Positions 9,393 through 18,461 are shown, counted from the stretch's first letter. The stretch: 40,703 bases of DNA from Spirochaetia bacterium (GCA_046542935.1 JBKHAJ010000001.1:1-40703), one strand, 5' to 3'. The notes: a model not told the origin generated them from the letters alone. Translations and numbers: made by a program.

Positions 9393-12373
9393 GAATCGAC
9401 CTCCCGTTTTCGGATTTCCCGCTCATGGGGGGCGAAGAGGGTGGAGAGGAAGCTGTCTAATCCGACAAAGACGTAGAGACTAAAGTCCTCCCCCGGATTG
9501 ACCGGACGGGTAAAGCTCCGGTCGAAGCGGAAGCTCAATCCTATTCCTACCGGCAGGGTGGCGAGACTGTTCCCTACGATCAGGATTAGCTCGATGCCGG
9601 TGTAGATGAACCGGTCGAATTCGATCTGCGGTGACGCAAGGGACCATTCCGCCGCGGTCTCTATGTGGATTCCCCCGGCGATTCCCTGAAGGTTGAAACC
9701 GAACATATTGTACCCGATGGGAAAAGGTACGTCCACGAGGGCGAAAGCCGCGAGATAATCGAGGCTTAGACGGGTAAGTCCCTCGAGCTCTTGGGTCACC
9801 CGGGGATACCCCCCCCTGCCCGCGGCGTCCCGTCCGCCTAAGAGTTCGGTCGAGGTATAGCTGTTCCTTATCCCTAAGCGGATGAATTGGTGCCTGAACG
9901 AGGGGAATTGGAACGCCAGGGTGTTCGACAGGTCGACCCCGGTGGGAGTGGTGGGAAGTAACTCGAGAGGAAAGCTTCCCCCGAAGGCGGCGGTGAATTT
10001 CAGGGGTGAGAAGAAATCCCTGTCCGTTGCCGCCCTCCTTACTTGAAAGCTCAAGCCCGCGTAGGGGGCAAGGCTGTGCGTCCGGGAAACCCGGCTCAAA
10101 TCGAACCCGTCGAAGAAGACGAAGGGGTTCGTGTGATAGAGAAAGAAGGTATGGGTCATACCCGCCGAGAGGGACAGGCCGATCGATGTAAGGAGCCGGG
10201 AGCGGTTGATAATAGGGATAGAGAGGCCCAGCGACTGCCGGGTAACCTGCTTGTAGAGGAGGTCCGCGTCCTGGAAGTAGGCCTGCTTCAAGCTGTAGTC
10301 GATGTTCGCGTAGGGAACGGCGAAGCTGAAGTAGGCGTCTATCCCCGGCTGGGCGGGCTGGAACCGGGAGGTCGCGGCTACTTGCCAGGAGGCGCCGCCT
10401 AAGATCGACCGCCCGTAGGAGAAGATACCTAAGCCGAATGCCGGCGCCGCTCCTGCAATGGTGTTCACGTAAAAGGGAACCGGAAGCCATACCAGTGGGT
10501 GCGGCACGTCGATGTAACGCCGGGAGGGGAGGGGCTCGGGCGGGGGCTGGGCAGGGTCTATGTCGCGGAGCCCTTTCGCTCCGTCCCGGCGGACACTCGG
10601 CAGGACCAGACCCGGGACCCGGGGTGTCGGTTCCGACGGGGCGGCGGTATCGGCGGTATCGGCGGTCTCTTCGGCGTTGGAGGGGGAAAATGGCGCCGCA
10701 AGTACCCGGTATCCGGTGGAGCGGTAGGTACCGTAGTAGAGGGTGTCTCCGACGACGGTGCCGTAGAAAGCCCCGACCGGATCGTTCTTGAGGGGAAAAA
10801 CCGTATCGGCTTCGAGGTCGTACATGTAGAGGGCGAGCTCACCGCTCCGGTCGGAGGTAAAGATGAGGTTTCCCTCCGGGGTAAAATCGGGATAGTAATC
10901 GATGGTACCCGGAACCGCCGGGACCCGACGGACGGCACCGGTATCGAAACTGTATATCCACACCCGTTGAGTTCCCCGGTGATCGACCGCGAAGGCGAGG
11001 GTCGACCCGTCGGGAGAGAAGACGGGATTCAAAAATTTGGTCTTGTCCCCTTCGATGAGGGGTTTTATTTCTCCGGCGGCGATATCTAACTCGACGAGCC
11101 GGGTATAGCTGCCCGTGAGCTGCACCGCGATCAGGCGGTTCCCGCCGGGAGAGATCGCCGGCTGAACAAGGTGGGCATCCTTGGAGAGACGCCGGATCCG
11201 TTTCGACCCCCGGTCTATCCGGTAGAGGTCGGAAATATAGGTCAATCCGGAGGGATGATTCTCCGCGGCAGCCGGGGAGGCGAAGACCACCGTATCGCCG
11301 GAGGCGGACACATCGAAGGAGTCCCGGTCGGTCAAGGATACCGATACGAACCGCTCGAGATTGCCGGTTTGAGGATCGTACACGTCGATTCCGGGATGGG
11401 CGTCGGGACGGTCGCTGTAGAGATAGATCTTTCCGCCGGAGGCCCGAGGGTGGTAGTAGCTTCCGATTCCTTCGGGCACAATAGGGGTGTCGGAAGAGAG
11501 GGGACCGGTTGAAAGGGAGTCCCCGGAGGTTCCGTACTTTTCTTCGAGCTCTTTCTTCATGCCTTCGTAAATTTCGGCAAAGGTCACCCCGGTTACCCGC
11601 CTTACGGCGTACCGGGGGCCGAGAAGGGGAAATTTCAGGAATTCCCGGTGGATCCGCACCAGGATGTCCGGGCCGAACCGGCGGCTCATGTAATCGACGA
11701 TCATATAGCCTGCAACGTAATGCCGCCCGGGGGGGGGAAACCGGGAGGAGTAGGCCGCTTCGCGGAGCGTAAAGAGGGTGTCCTCGAGTACGGGAGCCTT
11801 CCAGTAGATTTCGAAAAAGGGATTCCGTCCCCGACCGCCCTCGGTCAGACGGGTCTCGAGCTCTACCTGAAGCCCTTCTATCATCCAGCCGGGCATGAAG
11901 CCGGCGGGAAAGCTGCTTATGTCGAAGCCGAACACCTTAGAGAGTCCCGCGAAGAAACCGGAATCCAGGGTCAGGTGGAGATAATGGGCCAGCTCATGGA
12001 TGAAGAGAACCTCGAGCCAATTTTCGGTGCGCGCCCCCATCCACGGTGCGGTGGGTGAGGTAACGTAGAGATTGATGTGGCTGGGAAAAGGAACGTAGGA
12101 TCCGTTGGCGGTATCTATACGTCCGTGAAGCACTACCGGAATAGTATCGGGGCGGTAGTCGAAGTATTTCGAGAGCTCGTCGTAGACATCCTCGGCGAAA
12201 GAGAGGAGCTCCCGTACCGAATCGGCGTCCTTCTCCTCATAGATGAAAACGAAATGCTCCGTCCCGGTCGTTCGGTACCCCCGGAAGGGGTCTTCCCCGA
12301 AGGCGGGAACACACAACGGGAGAAGCATAAAAAAGTAGAGAATCAACTTAGGTAACACCCTTCGTGGTCCCAT
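9383..12373 (-). CDS. secreted multidomain protein: HExxH (MA-clan-like) peptidase domain + TolB/PD40-like beta-propeller + C-terminal beta-barrel-like region
   Basis: Signal peptide LILYFFMLLPLCVPAFGE. Zinc motif FIHELAHYLH. PD40-like repeats ISPGGNRLIAV, FSPDGSTLAFAV and FTPEGNLIFTSDRSG. A Pro-rich linker follows, then about 370 aa of alternating amphipathic strands. AAGGAG lies before ATG 12373. Confidence 0.7.
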   Translation of the reverse strand: MGPRRVLPKLILYFFMLLPLCVPAFGEDPFRGYRTTGTEHFVFIYEEKDADSVRELLSFAEDVYDELSKYFDYRPDTIPVVLHGRIDTANGSYVPFPSHINLYVTSPTAPWMGARTENWLEVLFIHELAHYLHLTLDSGFFAGLSKVFGFDISSFPAGFMPGWMIEGLQVELETRLTEGGRGRNPFFEIYWKAPVLEDTLFTLREAAYSSRFPPPGRHYVAGYMIVDYMSRRFGPDILVRIHREFLKFPLLGPRYAVRRVTGVTFAEIYEGMKKELEEKYGTSGDSLSTGPLSSDTPIVPEGIGSYYHPRASGGKIYLYSDRPDAHPGIDVYDPQTGNLERFVSVSLTDRDSFDVSASGDTVVFASPAAAENHPSGLTYISDLYRIDRGSKRIRRLSKDAHLVQPAISPGGNRLIAVQLTGSYTRLVELDIAAGEIKPLIEGDKTKFLNPVFSPDGSTLAFAVDHRGTQRVWIYSFDTGAVRRVPAVPGTIDYYPDFTPEGNLIFTSDRSGELALYMYDLEADTVFPLKNDPVGAFYGTVVGDTLYYGTYRSTGYRVLAAPFSPSNAEETADTADTAAPSEPTPRVPGLVLPSVRRDGAKGLRDIDPAQPPPEPLPSRRYIDVPHPLVWLPVPFYVNTIAGAAPAFGLGIFSYGRSILGGASWQVAATSRFQPAQPGIDAYFSFAVPYANIDYSLKQAYFQDADLLYKQVTRQSLGLSIPIINRSRLLTSIGLSLSAGMTHTFFLYHTNPFVFFDGFDLSRVSRTHSLAPYAGLSFQVRRAATDRDFFSPLKFTAAFGGSFPLELLPTTPTGVDLSNTLAFQFPSFRHQFIRLGIRNSYTSTELLGGRDAAGRGGYPRVTQELEGLTRLSLDYLAAFALVDVPFPIGYNMFGFNLQGIAGGIHIETAAEWSLASPQIEFDRFIYTGIELILIVGNSLATLPVGIGLSFRFDRSFTRPVNPGEDFSLYVFVGLDSFLSTLFAPHEREIRKREVDSWR

Positions 12374-12491
12374 CAGTTCTCCTTACCTACAAGATAACCA
12401 TAAAACAGAGTCCTGTTAACGGTATATCAGAAGACTATCAGCGGCGCGTCCAATAATACAATGAAAACCATCAGAGTATCTGGAGGACTTA

Positions 12492-13766
12492 ATGAAAGTT
12501 TTGTTGGTCGGCGCCGGAGGCGTGGGCGAAGCCGTGGTGCTTCTGACGGAGAAATACGCGACCCCCTGGCTGGAAAAGATGGTGGTGGCGGATTACAATC
12601 TTGCCCGGGCGGAGGAGGTAGCCGCCAAGACCAAGAAGTCCGCCCGGTATCCCGTGGAGAGGATCGACGCCTCCCAAAAGGAGGAGATCACGGCCCTGGC
12701 TAAGAAGTATGGGGTCGATATGGTCCTGAATGCCTGCGCCCCTCAATTCAATATGCCCATCTTCGAGGGATCTTTCGACGCGGGCTGCACCTACATGGAT
12801 ATGGCGATGAGTCTCTCGCAGAAGCATCCCACCGACCCCTACACGAAGACCCACGTCAAGCTCGGGGACTTACAGTATGAACAGGCCAAGCGGTGGGAGA
12901 AAAAGGGGCTCCTCGCGGTCTGCGGATCCGGTGTCGAGCCGGGGATGGTCAACGTGTTCGCTCGGTACGCCGCGGACCACCTCTTCGACGAGATTTACGA
13001 GCTCAATGTCCGGGACGGGGCCGACTTGGAGACCCGGGGGATCGACGCGCCCTTCGGTTTTTCCGTGTGGACCACTATCGAGGAATGCCTCAATCCACCG
13101 GTGGTGTGGGAGAAAAAGCGTGGATGGTATACCACCGAGCCCTTCTCCGAACCGGAGATCTTCAATCTTCCCGAGGGAATCGGACCGGTGGAGATGGTAA
13201 ATGTGGAGCACGAAGAAGTCTTGATGATGCCCCGGTACTTCCGGAACAAAGGCCTCAAAAGGGTCACCTTCAAATACGGCTTGGGAACGGAGTTCATCAG
13301 TCTCTTAGAAACCCTGCGCCGCCTCGGGTTGGATAAGACCGATCCCTTGACCGTTGACGGGGTCCGGGTGTCGCCCCGGGACGTGGTTGCGGCGGCCGCT
13401 CCGGATCCGGCTCGAATAGGCGAGGCCATGTACGGAAAGACCGCCGCGGGGCTGTGGGTGGTCGGAAAGAAAGACGGGTACGACCGTTCGGTGTATATCT
13501 ACCAGATCGCGGACAACCAGGAGTGCATGAAGAAGGTCGGCAGTCAGGCGGTGGTCGCCCAGACCGCCTTCAACCCCGTCATAATGATGGAACTCCTCGC
13601 GGAGGGGATCTGGAAGGGGACCGGAGTCCAGAATCCGGAGTACTTCCCCGCCGAGCCCTTCATCAGCCGCATGGAGTACTACGGATTTCCGCCGGGAATG
13701 GTGGAGATGGATTCCGAATACAAGGAGGCCGAGGATAGGGAGGCCTTCCGGGTGGGGCTTTCGTAA
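12492..13766 (+). CDS. saccharopine dehydrogenase-family NAD(P) oxidoreductase, paralogue 1
   Basis: Rossmann MKVLLVGAGGVGE. The GSGVEPGMVNVF block corresponds to G(L/F)DPG of LYS9 and carboxynorspermidine dehydrogenase. There is extensive block identity with the 28201..29511 ORF. GGAGGA lies before the ATG. Confidence 0.85.
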   Translation: MKVLLVGAGGVGEAVVLLTEKYATPWLEKMVVADYNLARAEEVAAKTKKSARYPVERIDASQKEEITALAKKYGVDMVLNACAPQFNMPIFEGSFDAGCTYMDMAMSLSQKHPTDPYTKTHVKLGDLQYEQAKRWEKKGLLAVCGSGVEPGMVNVFARYAADHLFDEIYELNVRDGADLETRGIDAPFGFSVWTTIEECLNPPVVWEKKRGWYTTEPFSEPEIFNLPEGIGPVEMVNVEHEEVLMMPRYFRNKGLKRVTFKYGLGTEFISLLETLRRLGLDKTDPLTVDGVRVSPRDVVAAAAPDPARIGEAMYGKTAAGLWVVGKKDGYDRSVYIYQIADNQECMKKVGSQAVVAQTAFNPVIMMELLAEGIWKGTGVQNPEYFPAEPFISRMEYYGFPPGMVEMDSEYKEAEDREAFRVGLS

Positions 13767-15043
13767 TGGAAAATGAAAGAAAAAAAACTGCAACTGCGCG
13801 CAATTTGAGCCCGGTGTGGTTCCGGGGTTCCTCGGTGACCGCCGTAAGGGGCGAGGGGATTTACCTCTATGATGATAGGGGCTCCCGGTATATGGACTTT
13901 ACCAGCGGGATCGCCGTAGTGAGCACCGGCCACTGCCATCCCCGTATTGTTGAGGCGATCCGCGAACAGGCGGAGCGCCTCATCTTCGGGCAGATCAACG
14001 TGGTCTATCACGACGCGGCCTTCGATCTGGCCTCGGAGCTCCTTGAGGTGGTGCCGCGGGGACATGACCAGTTCTTTTTTTCCAACAGCGGGGCGGAAGC
14101 GGTCGAGGCCGCGGTCAAGCTCGCCAAGCACCGGACAAAACGGACCAATATTATCGTCTTCCAGGGCGGATACCACGGCCGGACCCACCTGACCATGGGG
14201 ATGACCACCAGCAAGACGGTCTACAGGATCGGATACCAGCCCTTGGTTCCGGGGATCTTCGTGAGTCCTTACCCGGCGTCCTTCTCTTACGGGTGGGACG
14301 ACGAGACCACCCTGCGTTTCGCGGTGAGGGAGCTCGAAAAGCTCCTTGCCACTCAGAGCGCTCCCGAAGAGACCGCCTGCATCGTGGTGGAGCCGGTCCT
14401 CGGCGAAGGGGGCTACATTGTGCCGCCCAAGGGATTCCTCCGGGCGGTCCGGGAGATATGTACCAACCACGGCATCCTCATGGTTGCCGATGAGATCCAG
14501 TGCGGAGCGGGGCGGACCGGCAGGTTCTTTGCCGTGGAGCACGAAAATGTACTCCCCGACATCCTGGTATTCGCCAAGGGGATAGGATCGGGGATGCCCC
14601 TCTCCGGGATCGCTTATCCCGCCGCGATGGCCGACTCCTGGGTGGTGGGAAGCCACGGGGGTACCTACGGGGGAAATCCTGTGGCTTGTGCGGCGGCGGC
14701 GGAAACAATCCGGGTAATTCGGGACGAAGGGCTCGTGGAAAACGCCGCCGAGCGGGGAGAGCAGCTCCTCACGGGTCTTAAGAAACTCCAAGAGCGGTTC
14801 GACTTTATAGGCGACGTAAGGGGTCTCGGTCTTATGACGGCCGTGGAGCTCGTCGACGGCGGTGAGCCCGACGTGGAACGTACCAGGAAAGCGATAGCGG
14901 GGTGTCAGGAACGGAAGTTCCTCCTCCTTACCTGCGGCGCGGGAAAAAATGTCATCCGTTGGATGCCCCCGCTTATAGTCACGGAAGCGCAGATCGATGA
15001 GGCGCTCGCTGTCTTTACCGAGGTCCTGGAGGGACTCGGCTAA
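13766..15043 (+). CDS. class-III (omega-amine) PLP aminotransferase, GabT-like
   Basis: DEIQCGAGRTGRFFA and FAKGIGSGMPLSG (PLP-lysine region), plus SGAEAVEAAVKLA. The start overlaps the upstream stop (TAATG at 13764-13768). Confidence 0.9.
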   Translation: MENERKKTATARNLSPVWFRGSSVTAVRGEGIYLYDDRGSRYMDFTSGIAVVSTGHCHPRIVEAIREQAERLIFGQINVVYHDAAFDLASELLEVVPRGHDQFFFSNSGAEAVEAAVKLAKHRTKRTNIIVFQGGYHGRTHLTMGMTTSKTVYRIGYQPLVPGIFVSPYPASFSYGWDDETTLRFAVRELEKLLATQSAPEETACIVVEPVLGEGGYIVPPKGFLRAVREICTNHGILMVADEIQCGAGRTGRFFAVEHENVLPDILVFAKGIGSGMPLSGIAYPAAMADSWVVGSHGGTYGGNPVACAAAAETIRVIRDEGLVENAAERGEQLLTGLKKLQERFDFIGDVRGLGLMTAVELVDGGEPDVERTRKAIAGCQERKFLLLTCGAGKNVIRWMPPLIVTEAQIDEALAVFTEVLEGLG

Positions 15044-15050
15044 GGGAACC

Positions 15051-18000
15051 CTACAAGACCGTTTCGTTTCGCCACATCATCTCCGACGGGGGGGTTCCCG
15101 CGAGAAGCCGGTCTTTGAGCTCCACCGTCTTGGGGTCCGCGGCTATCCCGTATTGTTCGCTGAGGGCGGCATCCAGTTTTTCATAGATACGGGTAATCGC
15201 GGTGCGGTTTCCGATGGCGACGCTCGCTATCATGGAGAGTCTATAAGCCGGCTCGCAGAGGGGGTCCTTCGATATGAGGCGGTTAGCCCACTCGAAGCCC
15301 TTCTGCGGCCGGTTTGCCTTCAGGCAGAGCCTGGCTAAGCTGAACAAACTCTGTCTATACCTGTTTTTGAGGTTTTCCCGTTCGTCCCGCAGGTAATCGT
15401 GGTAGAAACCTCCCTCGAGGAAATCTCCGGTATAGAGCCCGGCGGCGGTCTCGTAGAGCTCGATTGCAGCGGAGGGATTAGCCTCTTTTTCGGCCCGTTT
15501 GGCCCTGTCAAGGCATTCGAGAAAATCATCGACATCCGCCGCGTAAAATTCCTCGTTGAGCTTGATAATGTTCATTTCGGTGGAGAGAAGCTCATGGTCA
15601 TTGCTTAAAATCTTTCTCAAGCGGTAGACCACGGTATTCAGATTGTCCCGGGCGCTCTTGTAGGAATACCGGGGCCAGAAGACATCGTAGACAACCTCCT
15701 TGGAAATCCCGTTTTTCCTGAAAACCAGGATAAGCTTTAAGAGATCGATGACCCGCTTCTGCCGGGTCAGGACCGATGCGGGAATCTCTTTTCCCTCTTG
15801 GAATATCTGAAACGCCCCGAGGGTCTTGAAATAGAAGGGGACCTCTTTCCCCTTAAAGGGATCCGTGGACACCGCCTTCGGGCGGGGATAGCGATGAAAC
15901 GAGGTAAAATCCTTTCCCGAGGCTTCGGCGATCTCGAGCAGCAGTTTCGGATTACAGATGTCCAGGTTCCGGTACCCCTTGGCGTCGAGGATCGCCGCCA
16001 TCGAAGCAAAGCGGCCCGCCGCTTCCTTCTTCCGCCCCTCCTTATGGGCTAGGAGTCCCGCGAGGGCTTCCGCGGTGGCCCGGGGATAGGGGTAGGAGTT
16101 AGGCGGGGTGTCGTCGAGGATTCGGGACAGGTATATACGGACCGCCTCCGGTTTGTCGAGGAAGAGGCACACCTCGCTCAAAGAGAGATAGCCGAAGGGG
16201 AAATCGGCCCTCAGCAGATTTTCGTTTTGATCCTCCATGAGCCGCTTACAGTAGTATTCCGCCCTGAGTTTGTTGCCTTTCCTGTATGAGATGAGCATCT
16301 GCAGGAGATAGATCCAAAAGTACTGGGCGTAGGGGTTATTGGCTATCTGTTTCCGTCGGAACCCCTCGAAGAGCTCCTCCGCCTCGGCCACCTCTTCCGA
16401 GTACAGGAGGTAGTAGATGAGATTGAGCTCCAAAAACCTCCGGAATGCGAAGGTCGGGTTCGACTCACCCAGCGCCTTTCGGGTTCTGTCGACCGCCTTA
16501 TCGATCTCCCCTAGGTAGAAGTGGGCGTCCCCGATAAAAAAGCTTAATAGCGGTTTGTAGAAGGCGGCCTCCTCGGAGTCTTCGAACACCCTTTCGGTCT
16601 TTTCGAGGAGGTCGAGGGACTCGTAAAACTCTCCACGGTCAATATAAAGCTTCGTCAGGACCAGCCGTGCGCAGAGAAAGGCTTCGAAGTTGTGGAACCG
16701 GTACGAGGTTTCTTCCGCTCTCAAGGCGGTCTCGAAGGATTCCTCCCGGCCGGGATAGACCGAGCCGGTGCCCAGGGCGATGAGGGTGTTGAGGATCTCG
16801 CATTGGGACGGCTCGAGTTTCAGCTTGTATTCGGCGATAAAGGCCGAAGCCTTTTCGATGAGCTCGTTTATGAGCTCCTCCTGTTCGAAGTAGAACAGGT
16901 AGTTCGTCAGGAGCTCGCTAAATATCCTGGCCTCCCGAGTGTAGTCTTTCTTGCGGTGAAAGGCGTCTAGGAGGGACAAGAGCTTTTCCCGGCTTGAAAA
17001 GGGTTTGACCAGGTTGGCTACGATCCCGTCGTAGTAGGCCATGTACAGGTCCGTTTCCTTTTCTTCCTCGGGAAAATAGGCGAGAAGGGTTTTTAAAGAT
17101 CCGTAGGAATTAGTCTCGAGCAGCTCGTCCGCGAGGGGGATGAAGTGATTCTTCGCCTCTTCCAAGGAACCCGCCGATGCGTAGAAGCGGACCGCCTTTT
17201 CGGTTTCCCGTTTTCCGGTAAAATACTTGGCCGCCGCCCGGTAGTGAGGAATTTTCTCCTCCTCCCTGCGGTTGGAAAAGAGTTTGGCGAGGTATTCCCG
17301 CAGGAGAGGGTGATACCGATAGCGTTCGGTTCCCGCAGGAAGAAGAAAAAGATGCCGGTCTAAGAGCTTGCTTAAAAGCGCCTCTCCTTCGGAATCGAAG
17401 AAATACCGGAGCAGATCCGAGTCAAAGGAGTCGAAAACGCTCAATGTTACGGCGTGGACGAATTCCTTCCCGTCCAAATGGTTCGAAAAGTGTTCCCGAA
17501 AAAAAGCATCGAGGACGGTAAGTCTTTTCGTTTTGAAGAAATGGTTGAGAATTTTCGACCTTGTCTCCTCATCCTTGAGGTACAGTTCTTCGAAGAGGTA
17601 GATGCACGGGGTTATCCACCCCTCGGTGAGCTCTCCTATCCGTTTTATGGTCTCTCCGTCGAGGCTGAGCTGATATTTGGCTTCGGCAAGGTCGGCGAGC
17701 TCCCTTTCGGTAAAGAGAAAGTCTTCTTCCCGAAGCTCTACCAGTTCTTTTTCCGCTCGTATGTTGCTCAAGAGCCCCGAAGGGATCGAGGAATAGATAA
17801 GAATAAAATGATACTCCCGGGGCAGCTCTTCTATGAAATACTCCAAAAAATCGGTAAAATCCCGGTTCCCGCAGCGGCTGTCGAGGTTGTCTATAACGAA
17901 AAAGATGTCCGGTGCCTTCCCCGACGATTCGGAGAACTCAAGGGAGAGCTTCTTTGCCGATTCGAGCACCCCCTTGAGGAGGATTTCGAGATCCTCTTCT

Positions 18001-18323
18001 TCGACCTTCGGGCCGGGGGGCGGTTCGGGAGCGGCCGAATCGATCCCCACTGTCCGGGTGAAGGCCTCGAAAACGAGGGAAAGAAAGTCCGCGGAGCTTG
18101 TGCATTCCTCGGTGGGGTTTATCCAGATGAAGGGAAGGGTCTCGGAGCTCAAAAAGTCCGCGGCGAGAATCGATTTCCCCGTGCCGAGCATTCCGTGAAA
18201 GAGAAAGACCCGCCGTTTACTCCGCTGTCTGAGATAGGATATCAAGTGTTCCCGGCGCAGGGTTTTTTCGAGGGAGGGAGGCAAAAATGAGTGCTGCCTC
18301 CATACATAACCTTTTTTCATCAT
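15051..18323 (-). CDS. large STAND/AAA ATPase-TPR transcriptional regulator with C-terminal SARP module (OmpR-type wHTH + BTAD)
   Basis: Walker A GMLGTGKS (nt about 18171-18194) and Walker B-like IFFVIDNLD. A long helical/TPR-like middle follows. The last roughly 263 aa (nt about 15054-15842) contain NLNTVVYRLRKIL (wHTH wing/recognition region) and the BTAD pattern LY.GDFL...DPLCEPAYRLSMIA. Confidence 0.8.
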   Translation of the reverse strand: MMKKGYVWRQHSFLPPSLEKTLRREHLISYLRQRSKRRVFLFHGMLGTGKSILAADFLSSETLPFIWINPTEECTSSADFLSLVFEAFTRTVGIDSAAPEPPPGPKVEEEDLEILLKGVLESAKKLSLEFSESSGKAPDIFFVIDNLDSRCGNRDFTDFLEYFIEELPREYHFILIYSSIPSGLLSNIRAEKELVELREEDFLFTERELADLAEAKYQLSLDGETIKRIGELTEGWITPCIYLFEELYLKDEETRSKILNHFFKTKRLTVLDAFFREHFSNHLDGKEFVHAVTLSVFDSFDSDLLRYFFDSEGEALLSKLLDRHLFLLPAGTERYRYHPLLREYLAKLFSNRREEEKIPHYRAAAKYFTGKRETEKAVRFYASAGSLEEAKNHFIPLADELLETNSYGSLKTLLAYFPEEEKETDLYMAYYDGIVANLVKPFSSREKLLSLLDAFHRKKDYTREARIFSELLTNYLFYFEQEELINELIEKASAFIAEYKLKLEPSQCEILNTLIALGTGSVYPGREESFETALRAEETSYRFHNFEAFLCARLVLTKLYIDRGEFYESLDLLEKTERVFEDSEEAAFYKPLLSFFIGDAHFYLGEIDKAVDRTRKALGESNPTFAFRRFLELNLIYYLLYSEEVAEAEELFEGFRRKQIANNPYAQYFWIYLLQMLISYRKGNKLRAEYYCKRLMEDQNENLLRADFPFGYLSLSEVCLFLDKPEAVRIYLSRILDDTPPNSYPYPRATAEALAGLLAHKEGRKKEAAGRFASMAAILDAKGYRNLDICNPKLLLEIAEASGKDFTSFHRYPRPKAVSTDPFKGKEVPFYFKTLGAFQIFQEGKEIPASVLTRQKRVIDLLKLILVFRKNGISKEVVYDVFWPRYSYKSARDNLNTVVYRLRKILSNDHELLSTEMNIIKLNEEFYAADVDDFLECLDRAKRAEKEANPSAAIELYETAAGLYTGDFLEGGFYHDYLRDERENLKNRYRQSLFSLARLCLKANRPQKGFEWANRLISKDPLCEPAYRLSMIASVAIGNRTAITRIYEKLDAALSEQYGIAADPKTVELKDRLLAGTPPSEMMWRNETVL

Positions 18324-18461
18324 AACACCGCCCTTACTCTACCATATTAGCCCTGTATTTGGGAAATATTATTGATATGTCGTCGATATATTAGAGGCGT
18401 GAAAGAGCTCCTCTCCATAATAAGTCAACATCGCTTAAAAACGTACAAGGAGTAGTAGGCA

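Noticed and set aside
9480-10490. 336-aa minus-strand ORF, and the several plus-strand ORFs between 10006 and 12355
   Set aside because: These are alternative-frame or antisense ORFs inside the 996-aa gene. They are extremely Arg/Pro/Gly-rich, and the long frame with a signal peptide, HExxH and PD40 repeats explains the region.
13679-14791. 370-aa minus-strand ORF
   Set aside because: It is antisense to the class-III aminotransferase (13766-15043), which has clear PLP motifs. Its Arg/Gly/Pro/His-rich composition and lack of an SD mark it as a shadow ORF.
17454-18290. 278-aa plus-strand ORF (also 18744-19607, 21477-22319, 1998-2828, 25193-25882, 28124-28708 and 28757-29431 on the opposite strands of annotated genes)
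   Set aside because: All lie antisense to ORFs with recognisable domains. None has an RBS or a recognisable motif. They are treated as non-coding shadows.
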